A stretch of 64,000 bases of DNA from NCBI GenBank assembly GCA_951406725.2, contig OX597835.1, forward strand, positions 40,982,001 through 41,046,000. The letters run 5' to 3'. The notes beneath the pieces are model-generated. The model was given only the letters and a program-made list of their open reading frames with translations. It made no database searches and had not been told where the DNA came from. Of the stretch, positions 33,551-48,200 are shown one piece after another. The position numbers and the translations under genes were made by a program. The stretch is from Octopus vulgaris. Taxonomy: Eukaryota. Position 1 is the first letter of the stretch. Every line of letters starts with the position of its first letter.

Positions 33551-34399
33551 TGTGAATCACATTTATCTTTTTTTTTTTTAATCTTTTACTTGTTTCAGGC
33601 ATTAGATCGCGACCATGCAGGGGCACCGCTTTGAAGAATTTTTAGTGAAATGAATCGACCCTAGTACTTATCATGGATCTTTTCGGTTTGAACGGCAGTT
33701 TTTAACATAATTTCCACGTAATTAAAAAATTTAAAACTTCGTATACTGGTAGAATGTGTTTATAAAACATCTTTTTCCTTTGGCTTTATTGAGAAAATTC
33801 TATAGTTTGTAAGATATTTGGGTTTTTTTTTCTTCTTCAATTTCTGCAATTTCAACCAATCAATGACGTCTATTGAGGTAAAAACATTCTGTGCCGTATG
33901 AATATGTCCCTCGTTTAAGAAACAGATTAGGTTTCTTTACATTTCTGAAAAAAAAAAGATACCCTTCCCCTACCCCTACCCCTAACCCTAAAAGAGATTG
34001 AAATGCAATAGATCGATTCTAGGGTCATAATTATGGGTGACAATTTCATATGACACCGCTAGAAAAAACTACCATTCAAACCGAAAAGATCCCTTATCAT
34101 TTTTTTAAAGCCTGTCCATCAGGGATTTTAATTTTTGCCAAGCCACTAAGTTACGGTGACATAAACAAACCGGCACCGGTTGTCAATCGACGGTAGGAGA
34201 CAAACACACACACACACACTTATTTTTCAGTCATATAATGGACGCACATGCTTTTCTTGAATTATCTGCTCCTTCCTCCTTTTCCTCCTCTTTGGACTTT
34301 TCTCCCTTTTCCGACGAGGAGTCAAACTCGAAACGTCGTTTCCACTCCTCTTTTCCCATCTATGTGAGAGAGATAGAAGGCAGTGGTTGTGGTGTATGC

Positions 34400-34850
34400 G
34401 AGAGATTTGAAACAAGGACACCTACCTTCTCTTCGCTCAACGGAGACCTCCCCAGTAGTAATGCACCCTTCCACGCAGCTCGACCCGAACACTAGAAATA
34501 GCAGCTGCTTTTCCCCTACCTTAATAATGTGCTCACACGTCTGACTCCCTCGGTTACCTCGATCGAAAAGACCCAATGCATGCGAGTCACTCCTGCCCCT
34601 TCCTCTTCCAGTCAGCCCCAAGTTCCCATCAGTTCCCCAGCTGCTGACGTCATCCCACAGTGGTGGACAGGGCTTAAAAATATTGGTTGCCAGGAGACTA
34701 AGGGGCCCCACCCACAACTACAGTGCTAACGACTGTGCAAAGAAAGGTGCTGGTTCTGCTCACAAGTGACTACAGCTGCTGAGTACTGACATCGATGGAG
34801 GAGCAAGGGAGGACAGGGCGTTAAGGGGACGAGATGTGGAGAATGTCTGA
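34400..34850 (-). mobile_element. probable retroelement ORF remnant (unclassified)
   Basis: GC-rich decayed coding-like sequence next to the hammerhead-like repeat. No diagnostic motif recognised. Confidence 0.35.
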
Positions 34851-35268
34851 TGAGGCAGAATGGATTACAAGCATAAATAGAATGCTTTTAGGATATTAGT
34901 ATATAATTTCGTCTGTCGTTACGTCCTGAGTTTAAAATCCGCTGAGGTCAACTTTGCCTTTCATCCTTTCGGGGTCGATAAATAAAGTACCAGATATAAT
35001 CGATTCAATCCCTTCATCTGTCCTTGTTTCTCCCCTCTATGTTTAGCCCCTTGTGGGCAATAAAGAAATATATATTAGGATATAATAGTCGCAGGAGTGG
35101 CTGTGTGGTAAGTAGCTTGTTTACCAACCACATGGTTCCAGGTTCAGTCTCACTGCATGGCACCTTGGGCAAGTGTCTTCTACTATAGCCTCGGGCTGAC
35201 TAAAGCCTTGTGAGTGGATTTGGTAGACGGAAACTGAAAGAAGCCTGTCGTATATATGTGTATGTGTG

Positions 35269-35319
<51 letters not shown>

Positions 35320-35837
35320 GTGTGTATATGTTTGTGTGTCTGTGTTTGTCCCCCCAACATCGTTTGACAACCGATGCTGGTGTGTTTACGTCCCCGTAAC
35401 TTAGCGGTTCGGCAAAAGAGACCGATAGAATAAGTACTAGGCTTACAAAGAGTAAGTCCTGGGGTCGATTTGTTTGACTAAAGGCGGTGCTCCAGCATGG
35501 CCACAGTCAAATGACTGAGTAAAAGAGTTATGATTGATGGGTTCTTAAGCACAGAGAATCACCAATCATCTCAGTCTTTTGCCATCTCCTTTGCAAGAAT
35601 CAGCATCTTGGGATCATCCTTCAGTGCTTATTCCCATGTCTTCATCCCTCTCTAGTCTTCGCATGTCCTCTCCATTCGTAACCTGTATCTTACTCCCATG
35701 TAGCATTGCCGTTTGTTCAAAAAGTATCACATGATCTACCTTTCATCTGTAGAGTGTGAGAGATCTTTGGTTATCACCGTAAGTAATTGCCCTCTGAACT
35801 TTCTCCGTCTTATCCATATTCTAGCAACTGTACTTTC

Positions 35838-36050
35838 TCAGATGCAGCACGGATTTTTGTCAGTGAACAGGTTGCGGTCTTAAAGCGACGAAAATATTTT
35901 GACAAATTAAACTTAAATGTTGAAGTGAATCGAACGGCTTTTGTGTGTTTCTTGAATGGCTTACAAACACCTTCCACGCTTCAATTGTTTTGGTTCCAGC
36001 ACACGATCTCAGATCAAATCACCTGCTATGCAAGTACATCTCTGTACTTT
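35838..36050. mobile_element. DNA-transposon-derived MITE-like repeat; second copy ~36685-36890
   Basis: Two ~210-bp direct copies with AGATG...CATCT ends, flanking a LINE fragment. Confidence 0.55.
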
Positions 36051-36074
36051 CTCTGTATCTCTGCAATAATTCGT

Positions 36075-36530
36075 TTGTTTATTGGCCACAAGGGCTAACA
36101 AAAATCGATTAAAACATAAAGGGACAAAACACAGGACGAAAGTTACAAAGGGTTTTGTCCGTTTGAAAAAGGTCCGTGTACAAAAGCAGGATAACCACGA
36201 AATGTAAGCAACAATTATAACTCCCAATAGAGGGAGGTGCTTTGAAAGGTTACTCGTAGAAAAACCCATAAAAGCCATGGAAGCTTGGTCAAAAGGGGGG
36301 TAGAGAGCCCCTTTCTCCTTTTATATTTCCTTTTATCACAGGTGTATCCTCAGAATTGGTCCATTCATACTGGCCATTCTTGTGACATTCACCCACCTTT
36401 CAATAAACTTGCTACCAGACATCACTTCCCTCTTTACTCTCATCTTCCTTTTCCAGTGGAACTTGAAGAAGTTGATGAGGCCTTGGCCAAAGAGGAAAGT
36501 GTCTGACCTTAGCCCTTTCAAACAGGGTCC
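36075..36530 (-). mobile_element. LINE 3' end (L1/Tx1-like); related fragments ~17110-17386 and ~56917-57302
   Basis: GQGLINFFKFHWKRKMRVKREV...FIERWVNV ORF end, plus a 3' UTR ending CCCTTGTGGCCAATAAA, which resembles the SINE family C tail. Confidence 0.55.
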
Positions 36531-39500
36531 ACCAGATATAATGAAAAAAATAAGTTAATTGTAAGTATATTACATAGTAACAATATATAATTTTTATCAA
36601 ATAATAAATGAAAAATTTTATTTACCTATTTGTTGTCCTGTAATAATGAAAGATTAATTTTATAATTTTATTTATCAATATATGAGATGCAGCACAAAGC
36701 TTTGTCAGTGAACAGGTCGCGGTCTCAAAGTGACAAAAATATTTTGACAAATTAAATTTATATGTTGAAGTGAATCTAACAGTTTTGTGTGTTTCTTAAA
36801 TAGCTTATAAACACCTTCCACGCTGCAATTGTTTTCGTTCCTGCATACGATCTCAGATCAAGTCACTTGCTATGCAAGTACATCTCCGTAATTTATCAAT
36901 ATAGTTTTTCTGAAATAAGGTGGTGAACTGGCAGTATGATTACTGCACCAGGCAAAATGCTTAGTGGCGTTTTGTCCATCTTTATGTTCTGAGTTCAAAT
37001 GCTGAAGGGGTTGACTTTGCCTTTCATCCTTTCAGGGTCAATAAAATAAGTACCTGTTGAATACTGAGGTTGAAGTTATTGATTTACCCCCTCCCCACCA
37101 AATTGTTGGTCTTATACCAAAATTTGAAATCAATATATTTTTCTGAAACAATGGCTTCTCATTTAAGTACAAGGCTTGCAATTTTGAGGGGAAGGGTTTT
37201 ACTTGATTACATCAATTCCAGTACTTGACTAGTATTTTATTTTATAGACCCTTAAAGAAAGGAAAGCAAAGCTGACCTCAGCAGGATTTGAACTCAAAGT
37301 ATAAAGCACCAAAAGAAATATCACAAAAATTGGCAAATGTCTTCTACTATAGCCTTGGGCCGACCAAAGCCTTGTGAGTGGATTTGGTAGATGGAAACTG
37401 AAAGAAGCCTGTTATATATATATATATATATATATATTAGTAGTTCAGTAAAAGAAATCGATAGAATAAATACTAGGCTTACAAAGAATAAGTCCTGGGT
37501 TCGATTTTCTCAACTCAACATGGTGCTCCAGCATGGCCACAGTTAAATGACTGAAACAAATAAAAAGAATAAAAGAATAAAAGGATTAATTTATATTTTA
37601 GAGGAGAATGATATAACTGATTCATTCAATCTCAGTTCTTTAACTGGAATTATATTTTGCTGCCCCCAGAGCCTATAAAAGGGTTAGTTATCTACAGTAA
37701 AATTTGAACTTAGAACATAACTAGGTACCACAAAGTTCATCTGTCTGATGCTCTAAGGATATTTTTTTGGCAGCACCTTGGGCAAGTGTCTTCTACTGGG
37801 TGACCCTAAAATCTGGACCCATAGGCAAAATGTATACGTAAAATTTTCAACATTTTATTCAATTGGAACATTAACAGCGTGCTGGTGGCACGTAAAAAGC
37901 ACCATCTGAATGTGGCTGATGCCAGCGCCATCTTGGCTGGCTCCCGTACTGGTGGCACGAAAAAAGCACCAACAGATTGTGGCCATTGCTAGCCTCCTCT
38001 GGCACCTGTGCCGGTGGCACGTAAAAATCACCCACTACCCTCATGGAGTGGTTGGCGTTAGGAAGGGCATCCAGCCGTAGAAACACTGCCAGATCAGACT
38101 GGAGCCTGGTGCAGCCTCCTGGCTTCCCAGACCCCATGCTAGCATGGAAAATGGACGTTAAACGATGATGATGATCTTCACTATGATTTCCACCACTTAT
38201 GATGCAAAAGTTGATGTGCTTTGCAAGATCTACATGAACCCAAAGCAATAACTCCACCATGTCATCAATTTGAGCGCATTCACTCTTTATGTGTTCCATC
38301 AAGCATGTGGCATCTGTGATTTTCATCATCATCATCATTGTTTAATCATCATCGTTTAACGTCCGCTTTCCATGCTAGCATGGGTTGGACGGTTTGACTG
38401 AGGACTGGTGAACCAGATGGCTGCACCAGGCTCCAATCTTGATCCGGTAGAGTTTCTACAGCTGGGTGCCCTTCCTAACGCCAACCACTTCGAGAGTGTT
38501 GTGGGTGCTTTTACATGCCACAGGCACAAGGGCCAGTCAGGCGGTACTGGCAATGGCCATGCTCAAATGGTGTTTTCTACGTGTCACCTGCACAGGTGCC
38601 AGTCCAGCGGCACTGGCAACGACCCTGCTTGAATGTTTTTTCACATGCCACTGGCATAAGTGCCAGTAAGGGGATGCTGGTAAAGGAAGCCAGTTAACCA
38701 CTCTGGCAACGATCACGCTCCAATGAGTAAAATATATATAGGTAAAATGTAATATATAAGATATATATGTAAAATATATATAAAATATAGGTAAAAAATA
38801 TATAGTTAATGAGATTGCCTATGAATCCAGACTTTAAGGACACCCTGTATAATAACTGTGAGCTGATTGTTGTCTTGTGAGTGAATTTGGTTAACGGAAA
38901 CTGTGTGGAAGCCTGTCATATATATATGTCTGTATGTATGTGTGTGTGTCCTTGTGTTTGTTCCCCAACTGTTTGACAATCACTGTCGATTTGCTTATGT
39001 TCCCATAACTTAGCAGTCAGGCAAAATATACCAATAGAATAAGTACAAGACCTTTAAAAAAAAAATCGAGGTCGATTTGTTCAACTAAAACCCTTCAAGG
39101 TAGTGCCCCAGCTTGGCTGCAGTCCAATGACTGAAACTAGTAAAAAGATATAAAAAAAGGAAAAAACGATATAATAAAAGAGATTATTTATTTATTTATA
39201 TAATATTTTCTGGAAAAAAAAAATAATAAAAGCGGAACATTTTATTTATTAATATTTTTTTTCCTGAAAAAATAAAAGAAACATGTGTGAGTAATAATTT
39301 TCTATTTAATTTATTTTAAGTTTGAATCGGCAGAAGTCCCCGCCGTGCAGAAATCCTCTTCAGTGTAAGACGAAAAATGTTAGAGTGAAAGTATTCTGCA
39401 GTTGAATTCGATGAACCAACGACACATGGCGATTTTCGAAAATATTACTGAATTATGTCGAGCGAGCTGGCATCGTTTGTCAGCTTATTAACAGACTCGG

Positions 39501-40171
39501 AGCAGATGTCATCAAGTCAAATCGGTAGGAATTCACTTCCAACTTTCCTCTTTCTAATCTGACCAATTTCAGATACGTTTTCCTTTGTATTTCTGCTTGT
39601 TTTTCCCCACCACACCTCTCTTGTATGAAACCTCTCTCTCTCTTCTTTCCCCCCCCCCCCCCATCGTTAGTTTTACAGACTTGGAGCTGATGGATTTTAG
39701 GTAGGAAATCGCTTCGAACTATAAACGATTCATAAACCTGATCAACATCGGATACATTCTCCTTTCCATTTATGATCACCTTCGTTTCCTTATCTTCCCT
39801 CCTGTCATCTATCAAAACCCCTTTAATTAAGGTTAGCAAGGTGCTTCAATTAACTCTTTATAACCAACGGGAATATTTTTATGAAACTGAATCCTAGATT
39901 TCTCTTCTTTCCTGACAAATACCAATTATTCGGACACTCCTCTTACCGTATCACAAAATCACAAAAGAAATAGAAATTTTGTTTCAGTCTTTGAAATATA
40001 AATATATTTAAAAAAAAAATACTGTGTGAGAAATAAGTTAATATTAACGATACACGAAGAATTCGTACAAATTCGATATTACACTGAGAAATATATATTT
40101 TAAATGAATAATTACATTATAGACAGTGTAAATCGTAAAATTATTTCAAAATATATATATATTATTTCAAA

Positions 40172-40223
<52 letters not shown>

Positions 40224-40390
40224 ATTCACACCAAATTTAAAATTGTAAATTAATATTTACACTGGATACAGTTTTAAGTATATGTAAAAGAAATGTTTCA
40301 CATAAATTGTTTTTACTTTTCTGTTCAGGAAACAATATAAACTCTTGGTTTCAGTTTCGCTGTAACCGATTATACACTCCCTGTGCGCGC

Positions 40391-40424
<34 letters not shown>

Positions 40425-40539
40425 ATATGTATGTATGTATAACGATAATTATGGTCGGTCTATGGAGTTATATATATATATATATTCATAGAAAGAAATT
40501 TATTTCGTTCATGCATCCAAAGTAATCGGTACATCTCTG

Positions 40540-40612
<73 letters not shown>

Positions 40613-43105
40613 CATGTATGAAGTACCGATCAAGCATTGCGATCGATTTAGTATTCCTAAAACATTCTAGATCTGAGTGGAATTATAATACGAGTATTCT
40701 TTTTTCTCGTCTCTCTTTCTCTCTCTCGTTTGTGCATCGAAACCCGTGTATAAAAATAAAAATTCCTTTCTGTCTCCTGTTATTATATTAATTACATTCC
40801 ATTAAAAATAACTGGTGGACCGACGAAATCTATTCTCCCCGTGTGGGGCGTTAGACATGCTAGAAAAAGCAGCAACCGAGTCGCCCTGGAAGTACACACC
40901 CTACTAAGGATATATATTGGGCAGACACTGTAGACCGTTATATTATAATAAAGACAGTGTTCCTGGTTGGAACGTCTTTGATCAGAGATATGTTCGATTT
41001 AGAGCTGATTGAAAGAGGTTGGTGGTGGTAGTGCTTATAAAGCCGGAGAAAGGCATTCTCTATTTGATTTAAAATCAAATGGCACCATCGTGTTTGAGAG
41101 TCACGAACATAATTGATGATTTTTTACCTAGACGCAAGGTCCCAAAGTTGAAGCAGTGGGGGGAACCGCTTACAGCTACCCTTATAATTGATTGCTACTT
41201 TATAATAATGATTTTACACTTTGATCTTAGCCAAAAGGCCGAGAATAATGATTTGTTTCCCACAAGAGTCTCAGATGATGGGGACATTAAAAATATAATT
41301 TACACAATTTCTGTTGGGGCTTACATAAGATGAAGGCAAAGAAAGGGGGAAAATAGGGTGAAATGAGATAAAAGTATAATAATAATTCTTTCTACTATAT
41401 GCATAGGACCAGCAGGGTTTTTTTTGTTGGGGGTGGTGGTAATTCGATTACATTGATTCCAGTACTTGACTGATATTTTATTGACCCCGAAAGGATGTTG
41501 ATCTCGATGGATTTTGAACTCAGAACGTAATCGGACGAAATGTCACTAAACATTTTTTTCGGCGTGCTGAATGTTCTGTCAGCTCGCTTAATAATGATAA
41601 TGGTTTTTAATTTAGCAGTGATTTGGAGGGGAGTTAGATAATATCTTCGACTCTGGTGTTTGGCTGGTATTTTATTTTATCAATCCCGAAAGGACGAAAG
41701 GCAAAGTTAATCTTGGAATATAAAGAATCGGAACAAATACCGCAAGGCATTTTCCCGTTGTTCTGACAATCCCATCAGTACTCATGTTTCGAGGGGAGTC
41801 TGTTAGACTGCCAGTACTAGGTCTGTTAGACTGCCAGTACTAGCCTGGTACACTTTATTTTATAGACCTCGGTGGGAAGAAAGGCAAAGTTGGCTTCGGC
41901 CGGACTTGAACCAATCACAGTGCCCCCATTGGAATGCATTTTTATTACAAAAGGTTGTATGTGGTATATATGCAATAGGGTGTGTGTGTGGTTACATTCA
42001 CAATAAATGAGGAAGGAGTCTTTACACCCTGCAAATCAAGGTGCGTTGCTATCTCAGGGGTACCCCCTTAGTCTTCAAATGGTTAGCTTTTAGGCCGTTT
42101 TGAAAAAAATGTTATAATTAATTGATTTTAAAGTAATTTTATTTCATGGTAATTTCTACTTTTATTTTCTCCTGAAGTCTGTGCTGTTGTGTTCGTGTGT
42201 TCGATCGGAGTCGCTTCTCGGAAGAAGAACCGAGCGAGGCAGTGTGTTGTTCAATGCCAATCTCACTCCATTATTAGTAGAAGTAGCAGCAGCCGGCATT
42301 TGGTGTATAATTCCAACATACCAGAGTCTCTATAATATAAACAAAAGATTATATAATGGTATAATGTCTTCGTGGATGGTTGGGATGGGGGGTAAGGAAC
42401 CTATTAATTAATAATTATAATTAATTAATGTATTGTTTGTTCATCTCGTCTTGTTGGACTGGGAAGGCGGCGAATTGGCAGAATCGTTACACCGTCGGAT
42501 AGCGAGCTCCAGCTCCGGCTCTCTGCGTTCTGAGTTCGAGTTCCACCCAGGCTCAGTTTTGTCTTTCACCCGTTTGGGTCCGATAAACACAAAGTATTAG
42601 TACTGAGGGTCTATTTTTCTTCTTCTTCTTCTTGTCGTTGAAATGTCTAATCTTGTTACATTGTGTCACGCTAATACAGTTTGATAATTGCGATAAGGGT
42701 AACACAGGTCTGCGGAATATTCAGCCACTTGCGTGTTAATTTTGAGTGTACTAATCCTGTTAACTGAATGTCCTAATGCTCCTCGTTGTGAACCGACGGA
42801 GAGACCGACATAACTGTAGACTTACATGTGATTACGGAGACCGACATCTAACAGACACCGGTGACTGCGGCAGGAACACAACGTGACAGTTGTCAGCGGC
42901 GGGACGAATGTCGTTCAGTGACGTTTCTCTCTCCTTGTGTCACCAACGGCTCGCGGACCATTAAAAAGGCTAGAAGTAGCAGTCAAATCTCCTGTACCTT
43001 TCCGTCTTCAGTGGTAGCCTCTATGTGTGTGTGTTAAAGTTTGACTCAGCTCCGCGAGTGCTACTTTCTTCCATTATTCACTCGTGTGTATATGTTGTGT
43101 GTATA

Positions 43106-43147
<42 letters not shown>

Positions 43148-43333
43148 CATACATAAATACATTCATGCATACATACATACAAAACGCACTTTTTTAGTTT
43201 CTGCCTACCAAATTCACTCATAAGGCTTTGGTTGGCCCAACGCTAGAGAAGACACTTGCCCAATGTGCCATGCAGTGGGACTGAACCCAGAACCATGCGG
43301 TTTTGAAACAAGCTTCTTACTACACAGCCACAT

Positions 43334-43378
<45 letters not shown>

Positions 43379-44043
43379 TATATATATGTATATATATATA
43401 TATATATGTAATCCCCTTAACGTCTACTTTTTTCTAATATGGGTCGGAGGGAGTTTATTGAGGCAGACTTTCTGCGACAGGATGCTCTTCCTGTCGCCAA
43501 TCCTTTCCTATTTCCAAGTAAGCTGCTGTTCCTCCATCGCCAGACAGGTTTTCGCAAAGAAAGTAAGTGACTGATATTCATTTACAACAACCATGCGATG
43601 TCAAGACAAAGAGACACAAACACACAAACACGTCAAACGATGGCGATGTTGTCCTGCCCGTCCTGCCCATGGCAGCAGAGAAAACGGACATTAAATGATG
43701 ATGATGATTATATGCGATGGGATTCTCTCAGTTTTCACCTGCCAAATCCATGCACAAGGCATTTGTTGGTCTGGGGCTATAAGCAGAAGACATTTGCCCA
43801 AGGTGTTGTTATGCAGTGAACCTGAACCTGAAGCCATGTGGTTGGGAAGCAAATTGCTTACCACTCAGCCATGCCTTTATACACAACCACACCTTTATAC
43901 ACACACACGCACGCACACACATGATGTCAAATAATAGAGCTATTCTAAGTTCAAGTAACACTAGAACTGTACTCATATCGTATTTCAATGCAAACTCTGC
44001 TGTCATGTACCCTGAGATATTATGATCCCTCACCTAGAATATA

Positions 44044-45278
44044 CGGGGTGTTTCAAAAGATTTAATATACTTTGAGATGTAAGTATCACAGAAACTAAAA
44101 AAGTCAAAGCAAATGAAACTAAACAGGATTAATGTTGAGCAACATAGGATTTATTCCTCCAAATTTGAATGAGAAAATCAAAGGTATGTGGATTCCATGA
44201 ACATAAGAGAACCATCCGTTGCCAGCGCCGCCCTGACTGGCTTCCATGCCGGTGGCATGTAAAAAGCACCATCCGATCATGGCCGTTGCCAGCCTCACCT
44301 GGCCTCCGTGCCAGTGGCACATAAAAAGCACCATCCGATTATGGCCGTTTGCCAGCCTCGTCTGGCACCTGTGCCGGTGGCACATAAAAAGCACCCACTA
44401 CACTCACGGAGTGGTTGGCATTAGGAAGGGCATCAAGCCGTAGAAACATTGCCAGATCAGACTGGGTCTGGTGCAGCCTCCTGGCTTTCCAGACCTCAGT
44501 TGCACCATCCAACCCATGCCAGATTGGAAAGCGGACGCTAAACGATGATGATGATTTCACAAATGTCCAGTATGCACACCGCCTGAGACACGGCACACGT
44601 CAAGTCGGTAGTCCAGCTCCTCCCAAACAAACTGCAGCATGTCTTGGGTAACAGTCTCCAGTGCGGTAGTGATTTTCTGTTCGAGTTCCTCTGGGTTTGC
44701 AGGAAGAGGGAGGACATAGACCAGGTCCTTCACATAGCCCCATGTTTGCACTTGTCATCTGCCGTTATGGCCTGAACGAGCTGCAGCTTGTAGGGTTTCG
44801 TTGGCAAGTGTTTCCTCAGGACGTGCCAAACTGTTGTTGGAGGAATCTGGGGTTCCAGACTTGTTCTTACGGACTTCTTGGGGCTTTGCATGAGTTTTTG
44901 GTGAACCCACTCAACTGTCTCTTCTGATGTTAGTGGTCGTCCAGATACTTTTGCCCTGCACAGACAGCCTCCCTCTTTGAATTTTTTGCGCCATGTCCAA
45001 ATCTGCATTGCCGTTGGTGACTTTTTGAGAACTCTCTCATGCACACTGCACAGTCTCGTTCAACTGTGTTCGAGCATACTCCAACACACAAAACACCTTT
45101 TCTCTTCCAATATTTCCAGTAAATGCCATTTCTATACCTGATAAGATAAACATATCAAACATTAAACATGAAATTTTGACCTATTTCTACACATGATGTT
45201 AAAGTTTGAAGTCATTTGAACAAAAACTGGCAAAGTTATTAGATTGCGAAATCATATCAAATTTTTTGAAGCACCCTG
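44044..45278 (-). mobile_element. decayed IS630-Tc1-mariner transposon, internally deleted and interrupted by a family B retroposon
   Basis: TA-flanked TIRs (CGGGGTGTTTCAAAA / TTTTGAAGCACCCTG). HTH fragment KKFKEGGCLCRAKVSGRP...SPKKSVR...KPYKLQLVQ and C-terminus WGYVKDLVY...ELDYRLDVC. Confidence 0.85.
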
Positions 45279-48200
45279 TACTTTAAGAAAAACTTATCTT
45301 ATACTTGAATCCTTGGTTTGCTTCATCCACCCACATGGGTAAAATCTGGAACAAAAAGCTGCATAGGAATGAATGTCTACCTTGGATGAATGTGTACAGC
45401 AACTGAATCAACTAAACGTGCGTAAAAGCTGTATCAAAGGACACTAGGATACCTATTTCTTTATTACCCACAAGGGGCTAAACATAGAGGGGACAGAGAT
45501 AGGTATTAAGTCGATTAGTTCGACCCCAGTGCATAACTGGTACTTAATTTATCGACCCCGAAAGGATGAAAAGCAAAGTTGATCTCGGCGGAATTTGAAC
45601 TCACAATGTAACAACAGACGAAATACGGCTACACATTTCGCCCAGCGTGCTAACGTTTCTGCCAGCTTGCTGCCTTGATACCTGTCCAACAGAAACCTGT
45701 GTCGGATTGGAATTTTATAAGAATGATACTGTAATAAATAATTCCTGCAGATGTATAATCTTCCATTCTTCTATGATGGTCATGGCTGGTGGACCTTTAA
45801 CTATAGATCTGCTCTGTTAACTACCTTTCTGGTCAAAATGCACAAAGAACCTCTTTCCATTGCAAATTCTTCAAATGTCTTAGGATTACCCACTTGGAGT
45901 TTGTTTAACCCTTTTGATACCAAACTGGCTCTGTAGTACAAATGTCTTGTTTTCATAAGTTTTGAATTAAAATATACCACCAAACCTTAGTCACAATTTA
46001 TGTTCCTAACACTAGCTGAACGATTGCTAAGTTCTTTTACTAAATTCTTTGTTATATTTAAAATTAATTGAATGAAACACAGATCATCTCAAAATAAATA
46101 CAGTAACGAAAGGGTTAAAGGACTTCTTTAGGATGATCCTGTTTGTCATTCAGTAAATCGACATGGAAAATATGGGCAACTGCTTGATCCACGTGAAGCG
46201 TATGTTGATTCATTTATTTCAGAACTATGCCTTGTGGGGGGTGGTGGTAATTGTTTTTGCTGGTGGAGCAGGTTCTGTGTCAATCGTTTAACATTCAGGT
46301 TACTCAGTCAAATGTAATAATTATTTATTTATATTGTTTCAAATTAATAAAGCATAATCTCGTAGCTTCAATGGTGTGACTGTTTGTGTTTAGGGTGACA
46401 TTGCAGGGTAGGTGTGAGAGGCCAGATCTGACCTGTTGGAACATAAAACAGGTAGAATAGTTTGGGCTGGGTATGGCTGGCTTAACCCTTTAGTGTTCGC
46501 ATTATTCTGCCACAATTAATGCTTCTTCATCCTCATTGTTTTGAACTAATCATGCATTATCTTGTAGCTATTAGATTTTGATGAGGTAGCTGTTAATTTT
46601 TAAAACGATATTGCAGGGTTGGTGTGAGAGACCAGATCTGACCAGTTTGAACATAAAACGGGTAGAATATTTGGGGCTGGGTATGGCTGGTTTAAATGCT
46701 GAAGGGTTACCCCTAAGTTGTTGGGTTATCTATGTAAATGAACAACACAGGACTGTGTGTAGGAAATGCTTCAGATGTTTTCGTAATGCAGAATTCACGA
46801 TTCAATCCTTCTTATACCGAGTGAAATTGTGCGCGCACACACACACACACACACACAGCCCTTATCCTGTGAGAATTGAAAATGTGGCCAACAAATTGCT
46901 GTCATCATCATCATCATTCAGTATCTGTTTTCCTTGATGGCATGGGTTGCTGGTGAGTAACAGGGCTACTCCAAGCTCTGTTTGGGTTTCAATAGCTGGA
47001 TGCCTTTCCTAATGTCAGTGTGGCTTAGCGGTTAGGGTGTTGGACTCCTGATCGTAAGATTGTGGTTTCGATTCCTGGTCCAGGCAATGTGCTGTGTTCT
47101 TGAGCAAGACACTTCATTTCATGCTGCTCCAGTCCACTCAGCTGCCAAAAATGAGTGATTCTGTGACAGACTAGCGTCCTGTCCAGGTGGGGAATATATA
47201 CACCATGAAATCAGGAAACCAGCCCTTATGAGTCAGTATGACTTGATAAGATAAATTTACCCCTTTTTTTTACCTTCCTAATGTTCACCCCTTTACAGAG
47301 TGTACTGGGTGTTTTTACATGGCACCAGCCCCAGTGAGATCAGTAAGATTGCAAGATAAGACCTTTTCAACTGAGGGTTATCTATTAAGGGAGGTGGCTT
47401 TATGCCAGGTGATTAAAAATAAAATAATGTCAAATATTGTTTCACTTTCCTTTCATTCATTTCCAAGTATTTTTTCCAATTTCCAGGAAATCACAAAACT
47501 TCCTGCTTTGTACATACTTCTATTTCTCACACATAGACAGGTACATGCAGTTCACACCCCCACACATCAATAAAACTTTTCACTCTGTACATTTAGCACC
47601 TGTCTTGTTTTCTCTCTTCCCATATTCTCTGTTACTTTGCTCTTCTCACTGTCTCTCTGTTTTCAATCCCTATTTTCTCTCTCTCTCTCCGCCCCATCTC
47701 TCTCTCTCTCTCTTTTCACTCTTCCTCTCTCTCAAAAGTCAGAGAAAATAAATATACAAATACATATTGGTGGATTGCCTTACTGGGTGTTTTTTTTTTC
47801 TTTTTGTTTGTCCATCATCAGTGGTTGACATTAGGAAAGACCTCCAGCTGTAGAGACCATGCCAAAGCAGCCAGTGGAGCCTGATGCAGCTCTCTAGCTT
47901 GTGCTAGATCCTGTCAAGCTGTCCCGCCCATGCCAACATCGAAAAAAACGAATGTTAAATCATCATCATCATCATCGTTTAATGTCCACTTTCCATGCTA
48001 GCATGGGTTGGACGGTTCGACCGGGGTCTGGGAAGCCAGAAGGCTGCACCAGGCTCCAGTCTGATCTGGCAGTGTTTCTACAGCTGGATGCCCTTCCTAA
48101 TGTCAACCACTCCGTGAGAGTAGTGGGTGCTTTTCACGTGCCACCGGCAAAGGTACCAGACGAGGCTGGCAAACGGCCACGATCGGTTGGTGCTTTTTAC

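Noticed and set aside
45751-45936. Exon-like ORF after ctgcag
   Set aside because: It is interrupted by a TTAA MITE, has no donor site and no recognisable homology. Likely decayed TE sequence.
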